DNA from: the human T2T-CHM13v2.0 reference genome, Homo sapiens
DNA: 64,000 nt
Reading direction: 5' to 3' (one strand)
NCBI RefSeq assembly: GCF_009914755.1
Contig: NC_060933.1
Of this stretch, positions 1-15,000 are shown piece by piece. The notes under the pieces are model-generated. The model did not search any database, was not told the origin of the DNA, and saw nothing but the letters and a program-made list of their open reading frames with translations. Made by a program: the position numbers and the translations under genes. Every line of letters starts with the position of its first letter. Position 1 is the first letter of the stretch.

Positions 1-339
1 TCTCTTCGGGTTGTTTACATTCCATTCCATTCCATTCCACTCCATTCCATTGCACTCGGATTGATTCCATTCCATTCCATTCCATTCCATTCCATTCTAT
101 TCCATTCCATTCCTTTCCATTCCATTCCATTGCATTCCCTTCCATTCCAGATGATTCCATTCCATTCCATTCCATTCCGTTCCATTCCATTCCATTCCAT
201 TCTATTTGGGTTAATTCCATTCCTTTCCATTCCATTCCATTCCATTCCATTCCATTCCATTCCATTGCAATCGAGTTGATTCCATTCCATTCCATTCCAT
301 TCCATTCCATTCCATTCCATTCCTTTCCATTCCATTCCA

Positions 340-2320
340 CTCGGGTTGATTCCATTCTATTCCTTTTCATTCCATTCCATTCCCTTCCATTCCACTCTGG
401 TTGATTCCATTCCTTTCCATTCTACTCGAATACATTCCCTTCTATTCCACTCGGAATGATTCCATTCCATTCCATTCCATTCCATTCCATTCCATTCCAT
501 TCCATTCCATTCCATTTCGTTCCATTTCATTCTGTTCCGTACCATTCCATTCCATTCCATTCCACTCGGGTTGATTCCATTCCTTTCCTTTCCATTCGGG
601 TTGAATTCATTCCATTCCATTCCATTCCATTCGATTCCATTCCATTGCACTCGTGTTGATTCCATTCCATTGCATTCCATTCCGTTCCATTCCATTCCAT
701 TCTGTTCAATTCCATTCCATTACTTTCGGATTGATTCCATTCAATTCACTTACGCTCCATTACATTCCATTCCATTCGTGTTGTTTCCATTCCATTCCAT
801 TCCATTCCACTCCATTCGATTGCACTCGGGTTCATTCCATTCCATTCCATTCCATTCCATTCCATTCCATTCCATTCTATTCCATTCCATTCCATTCTAA
901 TCCGTACCCTTCCATTCCATTCCATTCCATTCTATTCCATTCCATTCCATGCCATTCCACTCGGGTTCATTCCATTCCTTTCCATTCCTTTCGGATTGAA
1001 TCCATTCCATTCTATTCGATTCCATTCCATTGCACAAAGTTTGATTCCATTCCATTCCATTCCATTCCATTCCATTCCATTCCAATCCATTCCGGAAGCC
1101 TCCCCTCCATTGCATTCCATTCCATTCCATTCCCCTGAACTCGGGTTGATTACATTCCATTCCATTCCCTTCCATTCTGTTCCATTCCATTCCATTCCAT
1201 TCTATTCGGGTTAATTCCTTTCCATTCCATTCCATTCCATTCAATTCCATTCCATTCCTTGGCAATCGAGTTGATTACATTGCATTCGATTCTATTTTAT
1301 TCCATTCCATTCCATGCCAATCCACTCGGGTTGATTCCATTCCTTTCCATTCCATTCGGGTTGAATCCATTCCATTCCATTCCATTCCACTCCATTGCAC
1401 TCGGGTTGATTCCACTCCATTCCATTGCGTTCCATTCCATTCCATTCCACCCCATTCCAATCCATTCCATTCCATTCTATTCCACTCGGGTTGATTCCAT
1501 TCCATTCCATTCCATTCCATTCATTTCCGTTCTATTCCATTGTATTCCATTCGGATGGATTCTATTCAATTCCTTTACATTCCATTGCATTGCATTCCAT
1601 TCCACACAATTCCATTCCATTCCATTCCATTCGATTACTTTCCATTCCATACCATTTCATTACATTCCATTCTATTCCTTTAAATTCCATTCCACTCTTG
1701 TTGATTCCATTCCATTCCATTCCATTCCATTCCATTCCATTCCATTCCATTCCATTCTATTCCATTCCATTCAATTCCATTCAATTCCATTCGATTCCAT
1801 TGCACTCGGTTTGATTCCACTCCATTCCATTGCGTTGCATTCCATTCCATTCCATTCCATTCCAGTCCTTTCCATTCCATTCCACTCGGGTTGATTCCAT
1901 TCTATTCCTATTCATTCCATTCCATTCCCTTCCATTCCACTCTGGTTGATTCCATTCCTTTCCATTCTACTCGAATACATTCCCTTCTATTCCACTCGGA
2001 ATGATTCCATTCCATTCCATTCCATTGCATTCCATTCCATTCCATTCCATTCCATTCCATTTCGTTCCATTCCATTCTGTTCCATACCATTCCATTCCAT
2101 TCCATTCCACTCGGGTTGATTCCATTCCTTTCCATTCCATTCGGGTTGAAGTCATTCCATTCCATTCCATTCCATTCGATTCCATTCCATTGCACTCGTG
2201 TTGATTCCATTCCATTGCATTCCATTCCGTTCCATTCCATTCCATTCTGTTCAATTCCATTCCATTACTTTCGGATCGATTCTATTCAATTCACTTACGC
2301 TCCATTACATTCCATTCCAT
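340..2320 (+). repeat. ~440 bp direct duplication: ~340-780 repeated at ~1885-2320 (offset 1545)
   Basis: Shared rare variants TTCTACTCGAA, TTACTTTCGGAT and CACTTACGCTCC (751 vs 2296). Matching ORF pairs 456/2001 and 571/2116 are both offset by 1545. Confidence 0.85.
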
Positions 2321-3209
2321 TCGGGTTGAATCCATTCCATTCCATTCCATTCCATTCCATTCCATTCCATTGCACTCGGGTTGATTCCACTCCATTCCAT
2401 TGCGTTCCATTCCATTCCATTCCACCCCAATCCAATCCATTCCATTCCATTCCATTCCACTCGAGTTGATTCCATTCCATTCCATTCCATTCCATTCCAT
2501 TCCATTCCTTTACGTTCTATACCATTCTTTTCCATTCGGGTGGATTCTATTCAATTCCTTTACGCTCCATTGCATTGCATTCCATTCCACACAATTCCAT
2601 TCCATTCCATTCCATTCCATTAGTTTCCATTCCATACCATTTCATTCCATTCCATTCTTTTCCTTTCCATTCCATTCCACTCTTGTTGATTCCATTCCAT
2701 TCCATTCCATTCTATTCCTTAACATTCCATTCCACTCGGGTTGATTCCATTCTATTCCTTTCCATTCCATTCCATTCCCTTCCATTCCACTCTTGTTGAT
2801 TCCATTCCTTTCCATTCCACTCGAATTCATTCCCTTCTATTCCACTCGGAATGGTTACATTCCATTCCATTCCATTCCATACCATTCCATTCCATTTCGT
2901 TCCATTCCTTTGTAATCCGTACCATTCCATTCCATTCCATTCCATTCCATTCCATTCCATTCCATTCGATTCCATTCCATTGCACACTGGTTGATTCCAT
3001 TCCATTCCATTCCATTCCATTCCATTCCATTCCATTCCATTCCATTCCATTCCGGATGACTCCAATTCATTGGATTCCATTCCATTCCATTCCCCTGCAC
3101 TCGGGTTGATTCCATTCCATTCCATTCCCTTCCATTCCGTTCCATTCCATTCCATTCCATTCTATTCGGGTTAATTCCATTCCATTCCATTCCATTCCAT
3201 TCCATTCCA

Positions 3210-6200
3210 TTCCATGCCATTCCACTCGGGTTCATTCCATTCCTTTCCATTCCATTCGGGTTGAATCCATTCCATTCCATTTCGTCCCGTTCCATTCGAT
3301 TCAATTCCTTTGCACAGGGGTTGATTCCATTCCATTCCATTCCATTCCATTCCATTACATTCCATTCCATTCCAGATGACTCCACTTCATTGCATTCCAT
3401 TCCATTCCATTCCCCTGCACTGGGGTTTATTACATTCCATTCCATTCCCTTCCATTCCGTTCCATTCCATTCCATTCCATTCTACTCGTGGTAATTCCAT
3501 TCCATTCCATTCCATTCCATTCCATTCCATTCCATTCCATTCCATGCCATTCCATTCCATTCCATTCCATTCCATTGCAATCGAGTTGATTCCATTCCAT
3601 TCCATTCCATTCCATTCCAATCCATTACATTACATTCCATGCCATTCCATTCCATTCCATTGCTTTCCATTCCATTTCACTCGGGTTGTTTCCATTCCAT
3701 TCCATTCCATTCCATTGCATTCCATTCCATTCCATTCCATTCCATTGCATTCCATTCCATTCCATTCCATTCCATTCCACTCCATTCCAATCCATTCCAT
3801 TCCATTCCATTCCACTCGAGTTGATTCCATTCCATTCCATTCCATTCCATTCCGTTCTATTCCGTTCTATTCCATTTGGGTGGATTCTATTCAATTCCTT
3901 TACCCTCCATTCCATTGCATTCCATTCCTCACAATTCCATTCCATTCCATTCCATTCCAATCCTTTCCATTCCATACCATTTCATTCCATTCCATTCTAT
4001 TCCGTTCCATTCCATTCCACTCTTGTTGATTCCATTCCATTCCATTCCATTCCATTCCATTCCATTCCATTCCATTCCATTACAATCGAGTTGATTCCAT
4101 TCCATTCCATTCCATTCCATTCCATTCCATTCCATTCCATTCCATTCCTTTCCATTCCATTCCACTCGGGTTGATTCCATTCTGTTCCTTTCCATTCCAT
4201 TCCATTCCCTTCCATTACACTCTTGTTGATTCCATTCCTTTCCATTCCACTCGAATTCACTCCCTTCTATTCCACTCGGAATGGTTCCATTCCATTCCAT
4301 TCCTTTCCACACCACTCCATTCCATTCCATTGCATTTCCTTCCATTCCATTCTAATCCGTACCATTCCATTCCATTCCATTCCATTCCATTCCATTCCAT
4401 TCCATTCCATTGCACACTTGTTGATTCCATTCCATTCCATTCCATTCCATTCCATTCCATTCCATTCCATTCCATTCCGGATGACTCCACTCCATTGCAT
4501 TCCATTCCATTCCATTTCCCTGCACTCGGGTTGATTACATTCCATTCCTTTCCCTTCCATTCCGTTCCATTCCATTCCATTCCATTCTATTCGGGTTAAT
4601 TCCATTCCATTCCATTCCATTCCATTCCATTCCATTCCATTCCATTCCATTCCATTCCATTTTAATCGAGTTGATTCCATTCCATTCCATTCTATTCCAT
4701 TCCATTCCATTCCATTCCATGCCAATCCACTCGGGTTGATTCCATTCCATTCGGGATGAATCCATTCCATTCCATTCCATTCTATTCCATTCCATTCCAT
4801 TGCACTCGGGTTGATTCCATTCCATTCCATTGCGTTCCATTCCATTCCATTCCACTCCATTCCAATCCATTCCATTCCATTCCATTACAATCGAGTTGAT
4901 TCCATTCCATTTCATTCCATTCAATTCCATTCCATTCCAGTCCTTTCCATTCCATTCCACTAGGGTTGATTCCATTCTATTACTTTGCATTCCATTCCTT
5001 TCCCTTCCATTCACTCTGGTTGATTCCATTCCTTTCCATTCCACTCGAATACATTCCCTTCTATTCCACTCGGAATGATTTCATTCCATCCCATTCCATT
5101 CCATTCCATTCCATTCTATTCCATTTCGTTCCATTCCATTTCGTTCCATTCCATTCTAATCCGTACCATTCCATTCCATTCCATTCCATTCCATTCCATG
5201 CCATTCCACTCGGGTTCATTCCATTCCTTTCCATTCCATTCGGGTTGAATTCATTCCATTCCATTTCGTTCCGTTCCATTCGATTACATTCCATTGCACA
5301 CGGATTGATTCCATTCCATTCCATTCCATTGCATTCCATTCCATTCCATTCCTTTCCATTCCGGATGACTCCAATTCATTGCATTCCATTCCATTCCATT
5401 CCCCTGCACTGCGGTTTATTACATTCCATTCCATTCCCTTCCATTCCGTTCCATTCCATTCCATTCCATTCTATTCGGGTTAATTCCATTCCATTCCATT
5501 CCATTCCATTCCATTCCATTCCATTCCATTCCATTGCAATCGAGTTGATTCCATTCCATTCTATTCCATTCCATTCCATTCCATTCCATTCCATTCCATT
5601 CCATTCAATGCCATTCCACTCGGGTTGATTACATTCCTTTCCATTGCATTCGGGTTGAATCCATTCCATTCCATTCCATTGCTTTCCATTCCATTGCACT
5701 CGGGTTGATTCCTTTCCATTCCATTCCATTCCATTGCATTCCATTGCATTCCATTCCACTCCATTCCAATCCATTCCATTCCATTCCATTCCACTCGAGT
5801 TGATTCCATTCCATTCCATTCCATTCCATTCCATTCCATTCCATTCCGTTCTATTCCGTTCTATTCCATTTGGGTGGATTCTGTTCAATTCCTTTACACT
5901 CCATTCCATTGCATTCCATTCCTCACAATTCCACTCCATTCCATTCCATTCCATTCCATTCTTTTCCATTCCATACCATTTCATTCCATTCCATTCTATT
6001 CCTTTCCATTCCATTCCACTCTTGTTGATTCCATTCCATTCCATTCCATTCCATTGCATTCCATTGCGTTCCATTCCATTCCGTTACATTCGGATTTATT
6101 CTATTCAATTCCTTTACACTCCATTCCATTCCATTCCCTTCGGGTTGTTTACATTCCATTCCATTCCACTCCACTCCATTCCATTGCACTCGGATTGATT

Positions 6201-9200
6201 CCATTCCATTCCATTCCATTCCATTCCATTCCATTCCATTCCATTCCTTTCCATTCCATTCCATTCCTTTCTATTCCGTTCTATTCCATTAGGGTGGATT
6301 CTATTCAATTCCTTTACCCTCCATTCCATTGCATTCCATTCCTCACAATTCCATTCCATTCCATTCCATTCCAATCCTTTCCATTCCATACCATTTCATT
6401 CCATTCCATTCTTTTCCGTTCCATTCCATTCCACTCTTGTTGATTCCATTCCATTCCATTCCATTCCATTCCATTCCATTCCATTCCATTCCATTACAAT
6501 CGAGTTGATTCCATTCCATTCCATTCCATTCCATTCCATTCCATTCCATTACAATCGAGTTGATTCCATTCCATTCCAGTCCATTCCATTCCATTCCATT
6601 CCATTCCATTCTATTCCATTCCATTCCTTTCCATTCCATTCCACTCGGGTTGATTCCATTCTGTTCCATCCATTCCATTCCATTCCCTTCCATTCCACTC
6701 TGGTTGATTCCATTCCTTTCCATTCCACTCGAATTCATTCCCTTCTATTCCACTCGGAATGGTTCCATTCCATTGCATTCCATTCCACACCATTCCATTC
6801 CATTCCATTCCATTTCGTTCCATTCCATTCTAATCCGTACCATTCCATTCCATTCCATTCCATTCCATTCCATTCCATTCCATTCCATTACACACTTGTT
6901 GATTCCATTCCATTCCATTCCATTGCATTCCATTCCATTCCATTCCATTCCATTCCCCTGCACTCGGGTTGATTACATTCCATTCCTTTCCCTTCCATTC
7001 CGTTCCATTCCATTCCATTCCATTCTATTCGTGTTAATTCCATTCCATTCCTTTCCATTCCATTCCATTCCATTCCATTTTAGTCGAGTTGATTCCATTC
7101 CATTCCATTGTATTCCATTCCATTCCATTCCATTCCATGCCAATCCACTCGGGTTGATTCCATTCCATTCGGGTTGAATCCATTCTATTCCATTCCATTC
7201 CATTCCATTGCACTCGGGTTGATTCCATTCCATTCCATTGCGTTCCATTCCATTCCATTCCACTCCATTCCAATCCATTCCATTCCATTCCACTACAATC
7301 GAGTTGATTCCATTCCATTCCATTCCATTCAATTCCATTCCATTCCAGTCTTTCCATTCCATTCCACTAGGGTTGATTCCATTCTATTACTTTCCATTAC
7401 ATTCCATTCCCTTCTGTTCACTCTGGTTGATTCCATTCCTTTCCATTCCACTCGAATACATTCCCTTCTATTCCACTCGGAATGATTCCATTCCATCCCA
7501 TTCCATTCAATTCCATTCTATTCCATTTCGTTCCATTCCATTTCGTTCCATTCCATTCTAATCCATACCATTCCATTCCATTCCATTCCATTCCATTCCA
7601 TGCCATTCCACTCGGGTTCATTCCATTCCTTTCCATTCCATTCGGGTTGAATCCATTCCATTCCATTTCGTTCCGTTCCATTCGTTTACATTCCATTGCA
7701 CACGGATTGATTCCATTCCATTCCATTCCATTCCATTCCATTCCATTCCATTCCATTCCTTTCCATTCCGGATGACTCCAATTCATTGCATTCCATTCCA
7801 TTCCATTCCCCTGCACTGCGGTTTATTACATTCCATTCCATTCCCTTCCATTCCGTTCCATTCCATTCCATTCCATTCTATTCGTGTTAATTCCATTCCA
7901 TTCCATTCCATTCCATTCCATTCCATTCCATTCAATTCCATTGCAATCGAGTTGATTCCATTCCATTCTATTCCATTCCATTCCATTCTATTCCATTCCA
8001 TTCCATTCCATTCAATGCCATTCCACTCGGGTTGATTACATTTCTTTCCATTCCATTCGGGTTGAATCCATTCCATTCCATTCCATTGCTTTCCATTCCA
8101 TTGCACTCGGGTTGATTCCATTCCATTCCATTCCATTCCATTGCATTCCATTGCATTCCATTCCACTCCATTCCAATCCATTCCATTCCATTCCATTCCA
8201 CTCGAGTTGATTCCATTCCATTCCATTCCATTCCATTCCATTCCATTCCATTCCGTTCTATTCCGTTCTATTCCATTTGGGTGGATTCTGTTCAATTCCT
8301 TTACACTCCATTCCATTGCATTCCATTCCTCAGAATTCCACTCCATTCCATTCCATTCCTTTCCATTCCATACCATTTCATTCCATTTCATTCTATTCCT
8401 TTCCATTCCATTCCAATCTTGTTGATTCCATTCCATTCCATTCCATTCCATTGCATTCCATTACGTTCCATTCCATTCCATTACATTCGGATTTATTCTA
8501 TTCAATTCCTTTACACTCCATTCCATTCCATTCCCTTCGGGTTGTTTACATTCCATTCCATTCCATTCCACTCCATTCCATTCCACTCCATTCCATTGCA
8601 CTCGGATTGATTCCATTCCATTCCATTCCATTCCATTCTTTTCCATTCCATTCCATTCCTTTCTATTCCGTTCTATTCCATTAGGGTGGATTCTATTCAA
8701 TTCCTTTACCCTCCATTCCATTGCATTTCATTCCTCACAATTCCATTCCATTCCATTCCATTCCAATCCTTTCCATTCCATACCATTTCATTCCATTCCA
8801 TTCTTTTCCGTTCCATTCCATTCCACTCTTGTTGATTCCATTCCATTCCATTCCATTCCATTCCATTCCATTACAATCGAGTTGATTCCATTCCATTCCA
8901 TTCCATTCCATTCCATTCCATTCCATTCCATTCCATTCCATTCCACTATAATCGAGTTGATTCCATTCCATTCCATTCCTTTCCATTCCATTCCATTCTA
9001 TTCCATTCCATTCCTTTCCATTCCATTCCACTCGGGTTGATTCCATTCTGTTCCTTTCCATTCCATTCCATTCCCTTCCATTCCACTCTGGTTGATTCCA
9101 TTCCTTTCCATTCTACTCGAATTCATTCCCTTCTATTCCACTCGGAATGGTTCCATTCCATTCCATTCCATTCCATACCATTCCATTCCATTCCATTCCA

Positions 9201-10620
9201 TTTCGTTCCATTCCATTCTAATCCGTACCATTCCATTCAATTCCATTCCATTCCATTCCATTCCATTCCATTCCATTACACACTTGTTGATTCCATTCCA
9301 TTCCATTCCATTCCATTCCATTCCATTCCATTCCGGATGACTCCACTCCATTGCATTCCATTCCATTCCATTCCCCTGCACTCGGGTTGATTACATTCCA
9401 TTCCTTTCCCTTCCATTCCGTTCCATTCCATTCCATTCCATTCTATTCGGGTTAATTCCATTCCATTCCATTCCATTCCATTCCATTCCATTCCATTTTA
9501 GTCGAGTTGATTCCATTCCATTCCATTCTATTCCATTCCATTCCATTCCATTCCATGCCAATCCACTCGGGTTGATTCCATTCCATTCGGGATGAATCCA
9601 TTCCATTCCATTCCATTCCATTCCATTCCATTCCATTCCATTCCATTGCACTCGGGTTGATTCCATTCCATTCCATTGCGTTCCATTCCATTCCATTCCA
9701 TTCCTTTCCATTCCGGATGACTCCAATTCATTGCATTCCATTCCATTCCATTCCCCTGCACTGGGGTTTATTATATTCCATTCCATTCCCTTCCATTCCG
9801 TTCCATTCCAATCCATTCCATTCTATTCGGGTTAATTCCATTCCATTCCATTCCATTCCATTCCATTACATTCCATTCCATTCCATTGCAATCGAGTTGA
9901 TTCCATTCCATTCTATTCCATTCCATTCCATTCCATTGCATTCCATTCCATGCCATTCCACTCGGGTTGATTACATTCCTTTCCATTCCATTCGGGTTGA
10001 ATCCATTACATTCCATTCCATTGCTTTCCATTCCATTGCACTCGGGTTGATTCCATTCCATTCCATTCCATTCCATTGCATTCCATTCCATTCCATTCCA
10101 CTCCATTCCAATCCATTCCATTCCATTCCATTCCACTCGAGTTGATTCCATTCCTTTCCATTCCATTCCATTCCATTCCATTCCATTCCGTTCTATTTCG
10201 TTCTATTCCATTCGGGTGGATTCTGTTCAATTCCTTTACACTCCATTCCATTGCATTCCATTCCTCACAATTCCACTCCATTGCATTCCATTCCATTCCA
10301 TACCTTTCCATTCCATACCATTTCGTTCCATTCCATTCTATTCCTTCCCATTCCATTCCTTTCCATTCCATACCATTTCATTCCATTCCATTCTATTCCT
10401 TTCCATTCCATTCCACTCTTGCTGATTCCATTCCATTCCATTCCATTCCATTGCATTCCATTCCGTTCCATTCCATTCCATTACATTCGGATTTATTCTA
10501 TTCAATTCCTTTACACTCCATTCCATTCCATTCCCTTCGGGTTGTTTACATTCCATTCCATTCCATACCACTCCATTCCATTGCACTCTGATTGATTCCA
10601 TTCCATTCCATTACATTCCA
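3210..10620 (+). repeat. Local higher-order repeat: ~2.4 kb unit in about three tandem copies plus a leading partial copy
   Basis: Marker TACCCTCC at ~3901, ~6316, ~8707 (periods ~2415 and ~2390). ORF pairs 5561/7968 and 5629/8036 are offset by 2407. The end marker CTTCGGGTTGTTTAC lies at ~6138, ~8535, ~10535. The third copy lacks ~500 bp at ~9690. Confidence 0.88.
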
Positions 10621-11840
10621 TTCCATTCCTTTCCATTCCATTCCATTCCATTCCATTCCATTCCATTCCATTCCATTCCGGATAATTCCATTCCATTCTA
10701 TTCCATTCCGTTCCATTCCTTTCCATTCCATTCTATTTGGGTTAATTCCATTCCTTTCCATTCCTTTCGGATTGAATCCATTCCATTCTATTCGATTCCA
10801 TTCCATTGCACACGGTTTGATTCCATTCCATTCCATTCCATTCCATTCCAATCCATTCCGGAAGACTCCGCTCCATTGCATTCCATTCCATTCCATTCCC
10901 CTGAACTCGGGTTGATTACATTCCATTCCATTCCCTTCCATTCCGTTCCATTCCATTCCATTCCATTCCATTCTATTCGGGTTAATTCCATTCCATTCCA
11001 TTCCATTCCATTCCATTCAATTCCATTCCATTCAATTCCATTCCATTCCTTGGCAATCGAGTTGATTACATTCCATTCGATTCTATTTTATTCCATTCCA
11101 TTCCATGCCAATCCACTCGGGTTGATTCCATTCCTTTCCATTCCATTCGGGTTGAATCCATTCCATTCCATTCCATTCCATTCCATTCCATTGCACTCGG
11201 TTTGATTCCACTCCATTCCATTGCGTTCCATTCCATTCCATTCCACCCCATTGCAATCCATTCCATTCCATTCTATTCCACTCGGGTTGATTCCATTCCA
11301 TTCCATTCCATTCCATTCATTTCCGTTCTATTCCATTGTATTCCATTCGGATGGATTCTATTCAATTCCTTTACATTCCATTGCATTGCATTCCATTCCA
11401 CACAATTCCATTCCATTCCATTCCATTCCATTCCTTTCCATTCCATGCCATTTCATTCCATTCCATTCTATTCCTTTACATTCCATTCCACTCTTGTTGA
11501 TTCCATTCCATTCCATTCCATTCCATTCCATTCCATTCCATTCTATTCCATTCCATTCAATTCCATTCAATTCCATTCCATTCCATTGCACTCTGGTTGA
11601 TTCCACTCCATTCCATTGCGTTCCATTCCATTCCATTCCATTCCATTCCTGTCCTTTCCATTCCATTCCACTTGGGTTGATTCCATTCTATTACTTTTCG
11701 TTCCATTCCATTCCCTTCCATTCCACTCTGGTTGATTCCATTCCTTTCCATTCTACTCGAATACATTCCCTTCTATTCCACTCGGAATGATTCCATTCCA
11801 TTCCATTCCATTCCATTCCATTCCATTCCATTTCGTTCCA
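10530..11840 (+). repeat. Copy of ~1-2070 with an internal ~750 bp deletion
   Basis: 10530-10760 matches 1-230 (CTATTTGGGTTAATT). 10760-11840 matches ~975-2070 (CCCCTGAACTCGGG, CCTTGGCAATCGAG, CGGATGGATTCT, CATTTCCGTTCTA). Confidence 0.85.
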
Positions 11841-12049
11841 TTGCATTCCGTTCCATTACATTCCCCTGCACTCACGTTGATTCCATTCCATTCCATTCCA
11901 TTGCATTCCATTCCACTCCATTCCCCTGCACTCGGGTTGATTCCGTTCCATTCCATCACATTACATTCCGTTCCATTCCATTCCATTCCATTCCATTCTA
12001 TTCGGGTTAATTCCATTCCATTCCATTCTATTCCATTCCATTCCATTCC

Positions 12050-15000
12050 ATTCCATTCCATTCCATGGCAATCGAGTTGATTCCATTACGTTCGATTCCA
12101 TTTTATTCCATTCCATACCATGCCAATCCACTCGGGTTGATTCCATTCCTTTCCATTCCATTCGGGTAGAATCCATTCCATTCCATTCCATTCCATTCCA
12201 TTCCATTCCATTCCATTCCATTCCATTCCATTGCACTCGGGTTGATTCCACTCCATTCCATTGCATTCCATTCCATTCCATTCCACTCCATTCCAATCCA
12301 TTCCATTCCATTCCATTCCACTCGAGTTGATTCCATTCCTTTCCATTCCATTCCATTCCGTTCTATTCCATTCTATTCCATTCGGGTGGATTCTATTCAA
12401 TTCCTTTACACTCCATTGCATTGCATTCCATTCCACACAATTCCATTCCATTCCATTCCATTCCACACAATTCCATTCCATTCCATTACTTTCCATTCCA
12501 TACCATTTCTTTCCATTCCATTCTATTCCTTTCCATTCCATTCCACTCTTGTTGATTCCATTCAATTCCATTCCATTCCATTCCATTCCATTCGATTCCA
12601 TTATAATCGAGTTGATTCCATTCCATTCTATTTCATGCCATTCCATTCCATTCCATTCCAGTCCTTTCCATTGCATTCCACTCGGGTTGATTCCATTCTA
12701 TTCCTTTCCATTCCATTCCATTCCCTTCCATTCCACTCTGGTTGATTCCATTCCTTTCCATTCCACTCGAATTCATTCCCTTCTATTCCACTCGGAATGG
12801 TTCCATTCCATTCCATTCCATTCCATTCCATTCCATTCCATTCCATTTAGTTCCATTCCATTCTAATCCGTGCCATTCCATTCCATTCTATTCCATTCCA
12901 TTCCATTCCATTCCATTCCATTCGATTCCATTCCATTGCACACGGGTTGATTCCATTCCATTCCATTCAATTCCGTTCTATTCCATTCTATTTCTTTCGG
13001 GTGGATTCTATTCAATTCCTTTACACTCCATTGCATTGCATTCCATTCCACACAATTGCATTCCATTCCATTCCATTCCATTACTTTCCATTAAATACCA
13101 TTTCATTCCATTCCATTCTATTCCTTTCTATTCCATTCCACTCTTGTTCATTCCATTCCATTCCATTCCATTCCATTCCATTCCATTCCAGTCCCTTCCA
13201 TTCCATTCCACTCGGGTTGATTCCATTCTATTCCTTTCCATTCCATTCCATTCCCTTCCATTCCACTCTGGTTGATTCCATTCCTTTCCATTCCACTCGA
13301 ATTCATTCCCTTCTATTCCACTCGGAATGGTTCCATTGTATTCCATTCCATTCCGTTCCATTCCATTCCATTTCGTTCCATTCCATTCTAATCTGTACCA
13401 TTCCATTAAATTCTATTCCATTCCATTCCATTCCATTCCATTCTATTCCATTCCATTCGATTCCATTCCATTGCACACGGGTTGATTCCGTTCCATTCCA
13501 TTCCATTCCATTCCATTCCATTCCATTCCATTCCATTCCGGATGACTCCACTCCATTGCATTCCATGCCATTCCATTCCCCTGCACTCGGGTTGATTACA
13601 TTCCATTCCATTCCCTTCCATTCCGTTCCATTCTATTCCATTCCATTCTATTCAGGTTAATTCCATTCCATTCCATTCCATTCCATTCCATTCCATTCCA
13701 TTCCATTGCAATGGAGTTGATTCCATTGCATTCCATTCCATTCCATTCCATTCCATTGAACACGGTTTGATTCGATTCCATTCCGTTCCCTTCCATTGCG
13801 TTCCATTCCATTCCATTTTATTCTGGTTAATTCCATTCCATTCCATTCCATTGCTTTCCATTCCATTCCATTCCATTCCATTCCATTCCATTCCTTTGCA
13901 ATCGAGTTGATTCCATTCCATTCCATTCCATTCCATTCCATTCCATTCCATTTCATTCCATTCCATGCCATTCCTCTCCATTCCAATCCATTCCATTCCA
14001 TTCCATTCCATTCCACTCGAGTTGATTCCATTCCATTCCATTCCATTTCGTTCTATTCCATTATATTCCATTCGGGTGGATTCCATTCAATTCCTTTACA
14101 CTCCATTCGATTGCATTCCATTCCACACAATTCCATTCCATTCCATTCCCTTCCATTCCTTTCCATTCCGTACCATTTCATTCCATTCCATTCTATTCCT
14201 TTCCACTCCATTGCACTCTTGTTGATTCCATTCCATTCCATTGCATTCCATTCCATTCCATTCCATTGCAATCGAGTTGATTCCATTGCATTCCATTCCA
14301 TTCCGTTCCATTCCTTTCCATTGCATTCCATTCCGGATGATTCCATTCCATTGCATTCCATTCCATTCCATTCCCCTGCACTCGGGTTGATTCCATTCCA
14401 TTCCATTCCATTCCATTCCATTCCGTTCCATTGCATTCCATTCAATTCCATTCCGTTCCATTCCATTCCATTCCATTCTATTCGGGTTAATTCCATACCA
14501 TTCCATTCCATTCCATTCCATTCCATTGCAATCGAGTTGATTCCATTCCATTCCATTACAGTCCTTTGCATTCCATTCCACTCGGGTTGATTCAATTCTA
14601 TTAGTCTCCATTCCATTCCATTCCCTTCCATTCCATTCTGGTTGATTCCATTCCTTTCCATTCCACTCGAATACATTCCCTTCTATTACACTCGAAATGA
14701 TTACATTCCATTCCATTCCATTCCATTCCATGCCATGCCATTCCGTTCCATTTCGTTCCATTCCATTCTATTCTGTACCATTCCATTGCATTCCATTCCA
14801 TTCCATTCCATTCCATTCCATTCCATTCCCGTCCTTTCCATTCCATTCCACTCGGGTTGATTCCATTCTATTCCTTTCCATTCCATTCCATTCCATTCCA
14901 TTCCATTCCATTCCACTCTGGTTGATTCCATTCATTTCCATTCCACTCGAATATATTCCCTTTTATTCCACTCGAAATGATTCCATTCCATTCCATTCCA

